A DNA stretch of 64,000 nucleotides from Anaerocolumna sp. (GTDB lineage: Bacteria; Bacillota; Clostridia; Lachnospirales; Lachnospiraceae). How positions within the stretch are numbered: position 1 is the first letter of the stretch; each line of letters opens with the position of its first letter. Under the pieces are notes generated by a model. The model made no database searches. It was not told the origin of the DNA and worked only from the letters and a program-made list of their open reading frames with translations. Shown here piece by piece: positions 22,074-30,485 of this stretch. Both the position numbers and the translations under genes were made by a program. The stretch covers positions 1,692 through 65,691 of the forward strand of contig JBAVPE010000113.1 of the NCBI GenBank assembly GCA_049692775.1. Reading direction: 5' to 3'.

Positions 22074-22595
22074 TTATTCTCGTACTAATATCTTAGTGAT
22101 TTCAGATACATATAAGATATGATAATCTTTCTCCGCATAACAGGTTACCGGGATATCCTTATCGATAAAACTTTTTTCCTCATATGGTTGCACAAAAAGC
22201 TTTTTGCAGAGCATTACAGTATCCGCTTCTGCGAAGTAAGGAATTTCATTTTCATGAGTCACGGTTAAACCTGATTTTAACACCTTGTTTTCATCTCTGC
22301 CGGAAACAGTTCCTAAATATCCTAAGACTTTACGAAAACTTTCATCATAGAAGCTTAATGAAAAAGTATCTGCCGAATCAATAAATTCTTTTGTATAACG
22401 CTGGGGGCGGATAACCATAAAGGCTACATCTTTACCCCACATAATACCAAGTCCGCCCCAGGAAGCGGTCATGGTATTCACTTTACCATCCTTTTCTGCT
22501 GTGATTAACATCCAATCCTGACCAATCATATGAAAAGGATTTCCTTGCAGTTTAGCGGCTGCTATTTCTTTTAAATTATTCATAATAATATTCAT
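22074..22595 (-). CDS. flavin reductase family protein
   Basis: 173 aa. Flavin_Reduct-like pattern NTMTASWGGLGIMWGKDVAFMVIRPQRYT. Confidence 0.7.
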   Translation of the reverse strand: MNIIMNNLKEIAAAKLQGNPFHMIGQDWMLITAEKDGKVNTMTASWGGLGIMWGKDVAFMVIRPQRYTKEFIDSADTFSLSFYDESFRKVLGYLGTVSGRDENKVLKSGLTVTHENEIPYFAEADTVMLCKKLFVQPYEEKSFIDKDIPVTCYAEKDYHILYVSEITKILVRE

Positions 22596-22981
22596 TCCTT
22601 TCGCGAACTCAAAGTATAAAATGTAATCATAAGTACCTTGGTAAATTTAAACTCTTTTGTAAGAACGTTACTTAAGTATAGTATAATACGAAGGTGTTCC
22701 TTAAGGCAAGTAAAATATATGATAGAAGCAGATCTTGATATGTTATTAGAAAAAATAAGCAAATTGATTAACAATTATTTATTTGCCAGTACCGCAGGGT
22801 GTTTTGTAACGAAAAATCCGTAGAACAGTGGTACGAAAGCACATATTTTTATGTGATGTCTGATATCTGTGCATAAACATAACTTTCCGGAGGTACGAAA
22901 GGAAGTTATCTTGATTTTTGGTAAAAACTCCATTATAATATAAATTATTGTAACGTTTCAATGAAATTCAGGGGGTATCGC

Positions 22982-25150
22982 ATGCCAACGATTAAAGATA
23001 TAGCAAAACATGCCGGTGTTTCGCAAGGAACAGTGTCCAATGTTCTAAATGGAAAAGGGATTGTGAGTGTTGAAAAGATTAATCTGGTTAAACAGGCGGC
23101 ACAAGAACTAGGGTATAAAATTAATGAAAAGGCAAAATTTCTGCGTCAGGGAGTTTCTAAAGAAATTGCAGTCATTATTCCTAATCTGGATGAGAATGTC
23201 TATGCGGATTTGTATGTTGCAATTCGCAAAGAGCTTATGCTGTCAGGTTATACAGTTAAGCTCTTTCTGACAATGGACATGCCTGCAATAGAAAAATCCA
23301 TTATTAAGGAATTGTATTCCGCTCAAATAGATGGCATGATAACGGTATCTTGCCTTTCAAATCCGGAAAAATATTATACTTCAGATTTTTTAAGTGAGGT
23401 AAAAACAATTTTTATTGTACGAAAACCTACCGGATGTAAACATTTTGCCGGATTTGATGATGAACTGGCCGCAAAGCAAATTGCTGAAAAAGTGCTGAAG
23501 TATGGAAACCAGAATATTGGTTTATTCTCCAATACCATTGACCAGACAGAGGATTTTTTTTCAAGTTTATCAGAATATTTTAAGAAGCTGGATGTTACAT
23601 TTTTTTGGGTGAATTCTGAAAATTCAAAAGCAAAATTTGATGCGTTTCAATTCTATCAAAGAAAAGAAAAAATAGATACGGTTATTACCGGAAGCCTGCA
23701 ATTGGCGCAGGCGGTTGAGGCAGCATATTATTATGGGGGTTTGGAAAACAAACCCAATATTATCACAATTGCCCCAGCGCGCATTATGAATGTGAGCCCT
23801 TATGAGGAGTATCAGTTGGATTATCTGTATTTGGGCAGGACTTCGGCAGATACTTTGCTGGATTGGATTGAAAATGGCAATCAGCCATCAGCTCAAACCA
23901 TTGTTAAGAATTCCGGATTTCGTAAAAATAATACAGACTATGCAAGAAGTGAACAAGACGAGGTTTTAAATATTTTAATGGTTCAAAGTCCCACTGCGGA
24001 TGTGCTGCAAAAAATATCTCCGCTCTTTAAAAAACTTACCGGTATAGAATTGCGCTTTATTACTTTTTCTTATGATGAAACCTATAATGCAATATCCAAT
24101 TTTGGGGGCAGCGGAATGTATGATGTCATTCGAATGGACATGGCCTGGCTATCCTGGTTTGCAAAAAGCACGCTTTTACCAATTGACGAATTTAACATGA
24201 CGCAAGAAATATACAATCGTTTTTTGCCGGAACTATTAGATCAGTATTGCGTTGTAGACGAAGTAAAATATGCCTTTCCTTTCGATCCGAGTGTTCAGAT
24301 TTTATTTTACCGTAAAGACTTGTTTGAGGACGTAAAATTACGCAGGGGCTATTTTGAAAAATATCACTGTGAGCTTACGGTTCCTAAAACTTTTAAAGAG
24401 CTTAATCAGATTGCGGAGTATTTTACAAAAAGTTTTAACCCTGAATCGCCTACTGATTATGGAATGACTCTGGCTACAGGAAATTCAGGGATGATTTCGT
24501 GTGAGGTGATGCCCCGTATCTTTGATTACAGCGGTGGTTTTGTCGACGAAAATGGAAATCTTCAACTTTCTAAAAAAGAAACAATCGATGCTGTCGAAAA
24601 TTTCATAAAAACAACGGAATACTGCTCGGATCAAGAAGTTAGATGGTGGGATTCTGCAGTGAAACAGTTTGCATCAGGGCGGGTGGCTATGACAATTGTA
24701 TTTGCAAATCATGCCGCAGACATTATCCGCAGTCAGTATTCTAAAGTTGCAGGCAAAATTGGATATGCGCCTATTCCCGGAAATAAACCATTGCTTGGTG
24801 GCGGTGTTTTGGGTATTTCCAAAAACAGTACCCGGGTGGAAATGGCGCTTCGGTTTATAGACTGGGTCTGCAGTGATGAAATATCTTTGGTCATATCTGT
24901 TTTAGGAGGCATGTCTGCCAGTAAAATCGTTTATGATAATCCGGAGGTAATTGAAAAATATCCTTGGTTTAACATGGTGAAAGAATGTTTTGCCATGGGT
25001 GTAAACCGTAATACATGTATGAGCAGCAGCAAGCATATTGATGTGAGAAAGATAGAAGATATACTTGGCATGGCAATTATGAATGTTTTGATGGGGACAA
25101 TGACACCGGAACAGGCAATGCTATTTGCAGAGATGTCTATTGAAAAGTAA
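22982..25150 (+). CDS. hybrid regulator: LacI-type HTH + PBP1 sugar-binding core + ABC-type solute-binding (SBP family 1) domain
   Basis: GGGGG RBS precedes the ATG at 22982. HTH is IKDIAKHAGVSQGTVSNVLNGKG. A LacI-like core follows to about residue 330. The C-terminal ~390 aa resemble an extracytoplasmic sugar SBP, but no signal peptide is present. Confidence 0.7.
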   Translation: MPTIKDIAKHAGVSQGTVSNVLNGKGIVSVEKINLVKQAAQELGYKINEKAKFLRQGVSKEIAVIIPNLDENVYADLYVAIRKELMLSGYTVKLFLTMDMPAIEKSIIKELYSAQIDGMITVSCLSNPEKYYTSDFLSEVKTIFIVRKPTGCKHFAGFDDELAAKQIAEKVLKYGNQNIGLFSNTIDQTEDFFSSLSEYFKKLDVTFFWVNSENSKAKFDAFQFYQRKEKIDTVITGSLQLAQAVEAAYYYGGLENKPNIITIAPARIMNVSPYEEYQLDYLYLGRTSADTLLDWIENGNQPSAQTIVKNSGFRKNNTDYARSEQDEVLNILMVQSPTADVLQKISPLFKKLTGIELRFITFSYDETYNAISNFGGSGMYDVIRMDMAWLSWFAKSTLLPIDEFNMTQEIYNRFLPELLDQYCVVDEVKYAFPFDPSVQILFYRKDLFEDVKLRRGYFEKYHCELTVPKTFKELNQIAEYFTKSFNPESPTDYGMTLATGNSGMISCEVMPRIFDYSGGFVDENGNLQLSKKETIDAVENFIKTTEYCSDQEVRWWDSAVKQFASGRVAMTIVFANHAADIIRSQYSKVAGKIGYAPIPGNKPLLGGGVLGISKNSTRVEMALRFIDWVCSDEISLVISVLGGMSASKIVYDNPEVIEKYPWFNMVKECFAMGVNRNTCMSSSKHIDVRKIEDILGMAIMNVLMGTMTPEQAMLFAEMSIEK

Positions 25151-25160
25151 ATTAATATTA

Positions 25161-25197
25161 AAAAAAGGGGCTATTTTACAATAGCCTCTTTTTTTAA
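25161..25197. terminator. rho-independent terminator after the hybrid regulator
   Basis: GGGGCTATT-TTAC-AATAGCCTC followed by TTTTTTT, with an A-run upstream, so possibly bidirectional. Confidence 0.75.
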
Positions 25198-25265
25198 TCC
25201 GACAAGCCGTATTAGTTCAATGTCGTTTTCAAACTCGCCTATAACGGTTTCATAGCACCTTGAAT

Positions 25266-25278
25266 TTACACGTTTCAA
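25266..25278. promoter_or_regulatory. LacI-type operator-like site, distal copy
   Basis: TTACACGTTTCAA shares the ACACGTTTCAATT core with the site at 25446-25460. Confidence 0.35.
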
Positions 25279-25444
25279 TTTTATATGATGCTTTATTATT
25301 TTTCTATATGATAAAATATAGAAAAATTGCAAGAAAAAGTTAAGAAATATATATAAAAATAACAATAATTGACAATATAGAAATCTTGACGATGTTTACT
25401 GCTTGATTTTACAAAAATCATAATTGGAATTTACAAAAAGTTAA

Positions 25445-25472
25445 TTGACACGTTTCAATTATGAAATATAAT
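25445..25472 (+). promoter_or_regulatory. SigA-type promoter of the ABC/GDPD operon overlapped by a LacI-type operator
   Basis: TTGACA (25445-25450), 16-nt spacer, TATAAT (25467-25472). An imperfect palindrome TGACAC/GTTTCA (25446-25457) has a central CG, as in LacI/CcpA-type operators. Confidence 0.6.
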
Positions 25473-25526
25473 AATTAAGGAACAAGATAATCATGAAATC
25501 AAACGAATGATACGAAAAGGAGAATA

Positions 25527-26684
25527 ATGATGATGAAAAACAAAAAAGCAATACTGTTCCTTTTGGCTGGTGTGGTGGCCGTGGGGATGAGTCTGACTGG
25601 CTGTTCTTCGGCCGGTACGGGAACTGTGCCAACAGACACCGCTATAACTGAGACGGCAGACAACGCTGCAGCCGAAACGGCAGACACGGCTGCAGCAGAC
25701 CAGGGATCTGCCGGTGTCAAAGGGACTGGTGAACAGCTAGTTATTTATTCCAACTCCGTGTCTGATGGCCGCGGCGATTGGCTGAAAGAACGGGCGTTAC
25801 AGGATGGATTCAAGATTGAATATGTGGATGCCGGCGGAGGAGATATTCAAAACCGTCTGGTGGCAGAAAAGAACAGTCCGGTGGCAGATGTAGTGTTTGG
25901 ACTTAACAACATGTACTTCGAGAACCTCAAGAGCCAAGACCTTCTGGAAAAGTATATTCCCTCTTGGGCGGGCGAAACTGAAACAGGCATAAGCGATAAA
26001 GATGATTACTTCCATGCCACAGTCAAGCAGTATATTTTCCTTATCTATAATTCAGATAAGTATACACCAGAAACGGCACCGGAAGATTGGCCGGATTTGT
26101 GGGAAAAAGAAGAACTGCATGGTATATACCAACTCCCGGACGGTTTGGGCGGAGCCAGTATCCAGACTATACTGGCAGGTATTCTGGTACGTTATCAGGA
26201 TCCGAACGGTGAATTGGGCGTTTCCGAGGACGGTTGGAAGGCAATGGAACAGTTCTTCAAGTATTCAACAAAACTTGCAACGGGCGAGGATCTTTATGCG
26301 AAGCTTGCTTCTGGCGAAAGTCCTATTACGCTCATGTGGTCAAGCGGTATTGCCGCCAGAGAAGAGCAGTATGGCATTAAGGCCGGCATTGTGAACCCGG
26401 AAATTGGTATACCTACTATTTTTGAACAGGTTGGAATTGTAAAGGGCAGTAAGAAACTGGATGAGGCAAAACGTTTTGTAGACTGGTTTGGCAGTGTGGA
26501 AATTCAGGGCGAATGGTCTAAACAGTTTTCCACCATCCCGGTAAACAAAGGGGCAATGGATCAGGTCAGTGAAGAAAACAAACAGATGAATGATACCTAT
26601 AAGACGCAGGACATTGACTGGAGCTTTGTTGCAAAGTATATGAATGATTGGGTTGAAAAAATTGAGTTGGATTATGCAAAATAG
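25527..26684 (+). CDS. ABC transporter substrate-binding lipoprotein (Fe3+/polyamine/phosphonate-like SBP family)
   Basis: Lipobox LTGCSS after the signal peptide, an Ala/Thr/Asp-rich linker, then an SBP fold. First gene of the operon. Confidence 0.8.
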   Translation: MMMKNKKAILFLLAGVVAVGMSLTGCSSAGTGTVPTDTAITETADNAAAETADTAAADQGSAGVKGTGEQLVIYSNSVSDGRGDWLKERALQDGFKIEYVDAGGGDIQNRLVAEKNSPVADVVFGLNNMYFENLKSQDLLEKYIPSWAGETETGISDKDDYFHATVKQYIFLIYNSDKYTPETAPEDWPDLWEKEELHGIYQLPDGLGGASIQTILAGILVRYQDPNGELGVSEDGWKAMEQFFKYSTKLATGEDLYAKLASGESPITLMWSSGIAAREEQYGIKAGIVNPEIGIPTIFEQVGIVKGSKKLDEAKRFVDWFGSVEIQGEWSKQFSTIPVNKGAMDQVSEENKQMNDTYKTQDIDWSFVAKYMNDWVEKIELDYAK

Positions 26685-26749
26685 CGAATTAATAAGAAGA
26701 CGTGTTTGGGAAACAAGTATCAGAACACGCGGCTAGAAGGAGTTGGAGA

Positions 26750-27763
26750 ATGATTTCATTAAAAGATATAGAAGTCAGGTTCGGCAGCTTTCAGGCGCTG
26801 CAGGAAGTGAACATTGACATCGGCGAAGGGGAATTCTTCACCTTCTTAGGGCCTTCCGGCTGTGGCAAGACGACGACCTTACGTACACTTGGAGGGTTTA
26901 TCAAACCCTCCAGAGGCCGGGTATTCATCCAAGATACAGACGTCACGGAGCTTCCTGTTGAACAGCGTAATATCGGCATGGTGTTCCAAAGCTATGCCCT
27001 CTTCCCGACGATGGATGTTTATGAGAACATCGCTTTTGGGTTGAAAGTAAAGAAACTGCCCCAAAAAGAGATTAGGGAGAAGGTGTACACAATTGCGCAC
27101 AAAGTGGATATAGATGAGGAACAGCTTGATAAGAAAGTTTCAGAACTGTCTGGTGGCCAGCAGCAGCGTGTGGCGATTGCCAGGGCACTTATCACACAGC
27201 CGTCCATTATCTGTCTGGATGAGCCGCTGTCGAACCTGGATGCTAAACTGCGTGTCCAATTGCGGAATGAACTGAAAGATCTGCAGCAACAGTTTGGTAT
27301 TACTACCGTTTATGTAACCCATGATCAGGAAGAAGCATTGATACTGTCCGACCGAATCGCAGTTTTCAATAAAGGCAGAATTGAGCAGATTGGCAAGCCA
27401 CAGGAAATTTACAACCGTTCTGCGACGGAATTTGTGTGCAATTTCATTGGAGACATAAACCTTCTGGATACCAATATCTTGCAGGCAATGCACACCAAAG
27501 ATATAGCAGGGATACAGAGGGATAAGAGAAGCTATTTAAGGCTTGAGTGTGTCCATATCGCTGAAGGCGGACAGCCGTCAGATGGGGCTGCACTCAAGGG
27601 TGTTATCAAAAGGATGGAATATTGCGGGCTGTATACCAAGTATCATTTGGACGTGGCAGGTTCACCCATTAAGTGTATTGAAAAAGGGGATGGGCATGGA
27701 CGCTTCGTTACCGGACAAACGGTACAGCTCCACATTGACCCCGCCCATATTATGCAGTATTAA
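26750..27763 (+). CDS. ABC transporter ATP-binding protein (PotA/FbpC/UgpC-like)
   Basis: AAGGAG RBS precedes the ATG at 26750. Walker A GPSGCGKTT, signature LSGGQQQR, Walker B ICLDEPLS, and a C-terminal TOBE-like domain. Confidence 0.9.
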   Translation: MISLKDIEVRFGSFQALQEVNIDIGEGEFFTFLGPSGCGKTTTLRTLGGFIKPSRGRVFIQDTDVTELPVEQRNIGMVFQSYALFPTMDVYENIAFGLKVKKLPQKEIREKVYTIAHKVDIDEEQLDKKVSELSGGQQQRVAIARALITQPSIICLDEPLSNLDAKLRVQLRNELKDLQQQFGITTVYVTHDQEEALILSDRIAVFNKGRIEQIGKPQEIYNRSATEFVCNFIGDINLLDTNILQAMHTKDIAGIQRDKRSYLRLECVHIAEGGQPSDGAALKGVIKRMEYCGLYTKYHLDVAGSPIKCIEKGDGHGRFVTGQTVQLHIDPAHIMQY

Positions 27764-27773
27764 GGTGGCCCAT

Positions 27774-29516
27774 ATGAAAAAACTACAAATTATTTTGCAA
27801 AAGATACCATATATAAAAACCATTTCCTTTTTGTTTTTTACCTGGTTCATCTTCGGTTTTCTGATTATTCCCAACTTAAACGTACTGTATCAGACTTTTT
27901 GGGAGGATGGGCATTTTTCGGTGGAAGTGTTCTTAAAGCTGTTCCATTCCCAAAAAGCCATGAACAGCTTAAAGAATAGTTTTATTCTGGCAGTATCCAT
28001 GTCCATTACCGTCAATCTGGTAGGTATCACCCTGGTGCTGTTAACGGAGTACTTTGACATCAGGGGAGCAAAGTTTTTGCGGCTGGGATATATGACCACA
28101 CTGGTTTACAGCGGTGTGGTGCTGGTATCCGGATATAAATTTATCTATGGAAACGGCGGTATCATTACGGATCTTCTCATAAAGATTTTTCCGCAGATGA
28201 ATCCAGGTTGGTTTGAGGGCTACGGCGCAGTCATATTTGTCATGACATTTGCCTGTACTTCCAACCACATGATTTTTCTGCGAAACGCACTGCAAAAAGT
28301 TGATTTTCAGACGATTGAAGCGGCGAAAAGCATGGGAGCTTCCGCTGCCAGGATTCTGTTCAAGGTTGTGCTGCCGACTTTACTGCCCACCATTTTCGCC
28401 GTCACGATTCTCACCTTTCTGACTGGACTGAGTGCGACTTCCGCGCCGATGATGGTCGGCGGTGATAAGTTCCAGACCATAACGCCTATGATCCTGCTGT
28501 TTTCACAGTCCATGGGGTCTAAGGACCTGGCGGCACTCATGTCCATTATTTTGGGTATCGCTACAATCATTCTCCTGACGATTATGACCCGTATTGAAAA
28601 AAAAGGAAATTACATGTCGGTATCTAAAGTAAAAACGGCCCTTATTAAACAGAAAATCCACAATCGGGCTGCTAATGCGGGTGCATATACGCTGGCTTAT
28701 ATTCTGTTTTTGGTTTACGTGGTACCTGTGGTACTTATCATCTTTTTTTCTTTCACGGATGTGAAAACGATTATGACAAAGCAGATAACCTTCGACAGTT
28801 TTTCACTTGACAATTATAAGAAACTGGTAACTGGCATGGCTGGTTTAAAGCCATTTCTGGTAAGCTTTGTGTATGCGTTGATAGCATCTGCTGCCGTGTC
28901 CGCATTAGCTATCGTGGCATGCCGGCTGATTCGCAGAAATCAAAATCGATTAACCTTAGCACTAGAGTATTCCCTGCTGATTCCCTGGATGCTGCCGGGC
29001 ACACTGATAGCTCTTGGTTTGGTGCTGACCTTTAATGGACCGAAGTGGTATGCGGGAAATTTGATTTTAACGGGAACACCTTTGATTATGGTTCTGGCTT
29101 ACATTATTGTAAAAATACCGTTTACCCTGAGAATGACAAAAGCATCATTTTTCTCCATAGATGATTCTTTAGAGGATGCGGCACGCAGCCTTGGATTGAG
29201 GGCAGTAAGTGCTTTTATTAAAATTTCATTGCCGGTTATCATGCCGTCTGTACTCGCTGTATTGGCTCTTAATTTTACCGGACTGCTGACCGACTACGAT
29301 TTATCCGTATTTTTGTTCCATCCGCTGTACCAGCCACTCGGTGTCTATATTAAAAGCCTGACTGACTCAACATCAAATGCGGATAACACTGCCATGAGCC
29401 TGGTATATGCCGTACTGATCATGGTTATTTCAACCGTTGTTCTTTCCCTTGTCTATGGCAGACGGGATGAAGATAAAAATAAAAGAAAAAATAAAAGAAG
29501 AAGTAGGAAACGATGA
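27774..29516 (+). CDS. fused two-domain ABC transporter permease
   Basis: AAGGTGG RBS precedes the ATG at 27774; the track start at 27543 overlaps the ATPase gene. About 12 TM segments with two EAA-like loops (IEAAKSMGAS and LEDAARSLGL). Confidence 0.85.
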   Translation: MKKLQIILQKIPYIKTISFLFFTWFIFGFLIIPNLNVLYQTFWEDGHFSVEVFLKLFHSQKAMNSLKNSFILAVSMSITVNLVGITLVLLTEYFDIRGAKFLRLGYMTTLVYSGVVLVSGYKFIYGNGGIITDLLIKIFPQMNPGWFEGYGAVIFVMTFACTSNHMIFLRNALQKVDFQTIEAAKSMGASAARILFKVVLPTLLPTIFAVTILTFLTGLSATSAPMMVGGDKFQTITPMILLFSQSMGSKDLAALMSIILGIATIILLTIMTRIEKKGNYMSVSKVKTALIKQKIHNRAANAGAYTLAYILFLVYVVPVVLIIFFSFTDVKTIMTKQITFDSFSLDNYKKLVTGMAGLKPFLVSFVYALIASAAVSALAIVACRLIRRNQNRLTLALEYSLLIPWMLPGTLIALGLVLTFNGPKWYAGNLILTGTPLIMVLAYIIVKIPFTLRMTKASFFSIDDSLEDAARSLGLRAVSAFIKISLPVIMPSVLAVLALNFTGLLTDYDLSVFLFHPLYQPLGVYIKSLTDSTSNADNTAMSLVYAVLIMVISTVVLSLVYGRRDEDKNKRKNKRRSRKR

Positions 29517-30376
29517 AAATAGGAAAAGAAAAATATCAAAATATCAATGCGGTATTGAATAAAAAATTAGAAGAAAAAAAGGTCCTGATTGCATCACACA
29601 GAGGCTGCACCACCGGTAATATTATCGGGAATACAATCCCTGCATTTAAGAGCGCATTTCAAATGGGAGCAGATATTTGCGAGATGGATGTGGTTAAGTC
29701 TACAGACGGGATTTTCTATGCTTTCCACGATGGCGGTGAACCACTGAGTTTTCATAGGGATGAATGTATTAAGACCATGTCGTCTGCAATGATTGATTCC
29801 CTGGATTACTATAACAGTATCGGCGGGGTAAGCAATTATCGTACGAATCGGGTGGAAGATATCCTGCGGTTTTTCTGCCACGGCGAACTGTTTAACATTG
29901 ACCGGGCATGGGATATCTTCCCCGAACTGGACCAATTCCTTAAGGGTTTTCCGGATGTAATAAGACAAGTCCTGCTCAAAGCACCTATAACCCAGGAAAC
30001 ACTGGAGTTTCTTGAGCATTGCGAACAAAAATATATGTTTATGCCAATCGCTTATTCCGTGCAGGACGTGAAGGATGTCCTGCAATACCAGAATATTAAC
30101 TTAGTTGGCGTTGAATTGATTGCAGAAAGTCAGAAGGACGAACTGTTCAGGCAAGAGGTAATTGAAATGATTTTGGAGCAGGGGTTGTTTACCTGGGTCA
30201 ACGCTATCACACTAAATGGCGACATAAACCTGTATGGAAAATTAGATGATGATATCTCGGTCCGGGAAGCACCGGAATATGGGTGGGGACGTTTGTTTGA
30301 AAAAAAGATTCAGATTTTACAGACAGATTGGCCAGGCCTCATGGATCAATACCGGAAAATGTACTTTCATCTTTAA
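29513..30376 (+). CDS. glycerophosphodiester phosphodiesterase (GDPD) family protein
   Basis: SHRG...E(M)D...HD catalytic pattern in IASHRGCTTGN...ADICEMDVVKSTDGIFYAFHDG. Start overlaps the permease stop (ATGA). Confidence 0.75.
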   Translation: MKIGKEKYQNINAVLNKKLEEKKVLIASHRGCTTGNIIGNTIPAFKSAFQMGADICEMDVVKSTDGIFYAFHDGGEPLSFHRDECIKTMSSAMIDSLDYYNSIGGVSNYRTNRVEDILRFFCHGELFNIDRAWDIFPELDQFLKGFPDVIRQVLLKAPITQETLEFLEHCEQKYMFMPIAYSVQDVKDVLQYQNINLVGVELIAESQKDELFRQEVIEMILEQGLFTWVNAITLNGDINLYGKLDDDISVREAPEYGWGRLFEKKIQILQTDWPGLMDQYRKMYFHL

Positions 30377-30416
30377 GAAATTTCGTCTAATTGATATAAT
30401 TTAAAGTTCGGTAAAA

Positions 30417-30470
30417 GTTAAAAAGATCCCATAATATCCCTTTTGTTAGGATTATATAGGATCTTTTAAC
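30417..30470. terminator. hairpin between convergent GDPD and glmS genes
   Basis: GTTAAAAAGATCC (30417-30429) pairs with GGATCTTTTAAC (30459-30470). Confidence 0.5.
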
Positions 30471-30485
30471 ATACCCGGATTGTAT

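Noticed and set aside
26791-28570. Cluster of 60-117-aa antisense and alternate-frame ORFs across the ABC ATPase and permease genes.
   Set aside because: They result from the locally higher GC content, which gives fewer stop codons. The sense frames carry Walker, signature and EAA motifs, and none of these ORFs has an RBS.
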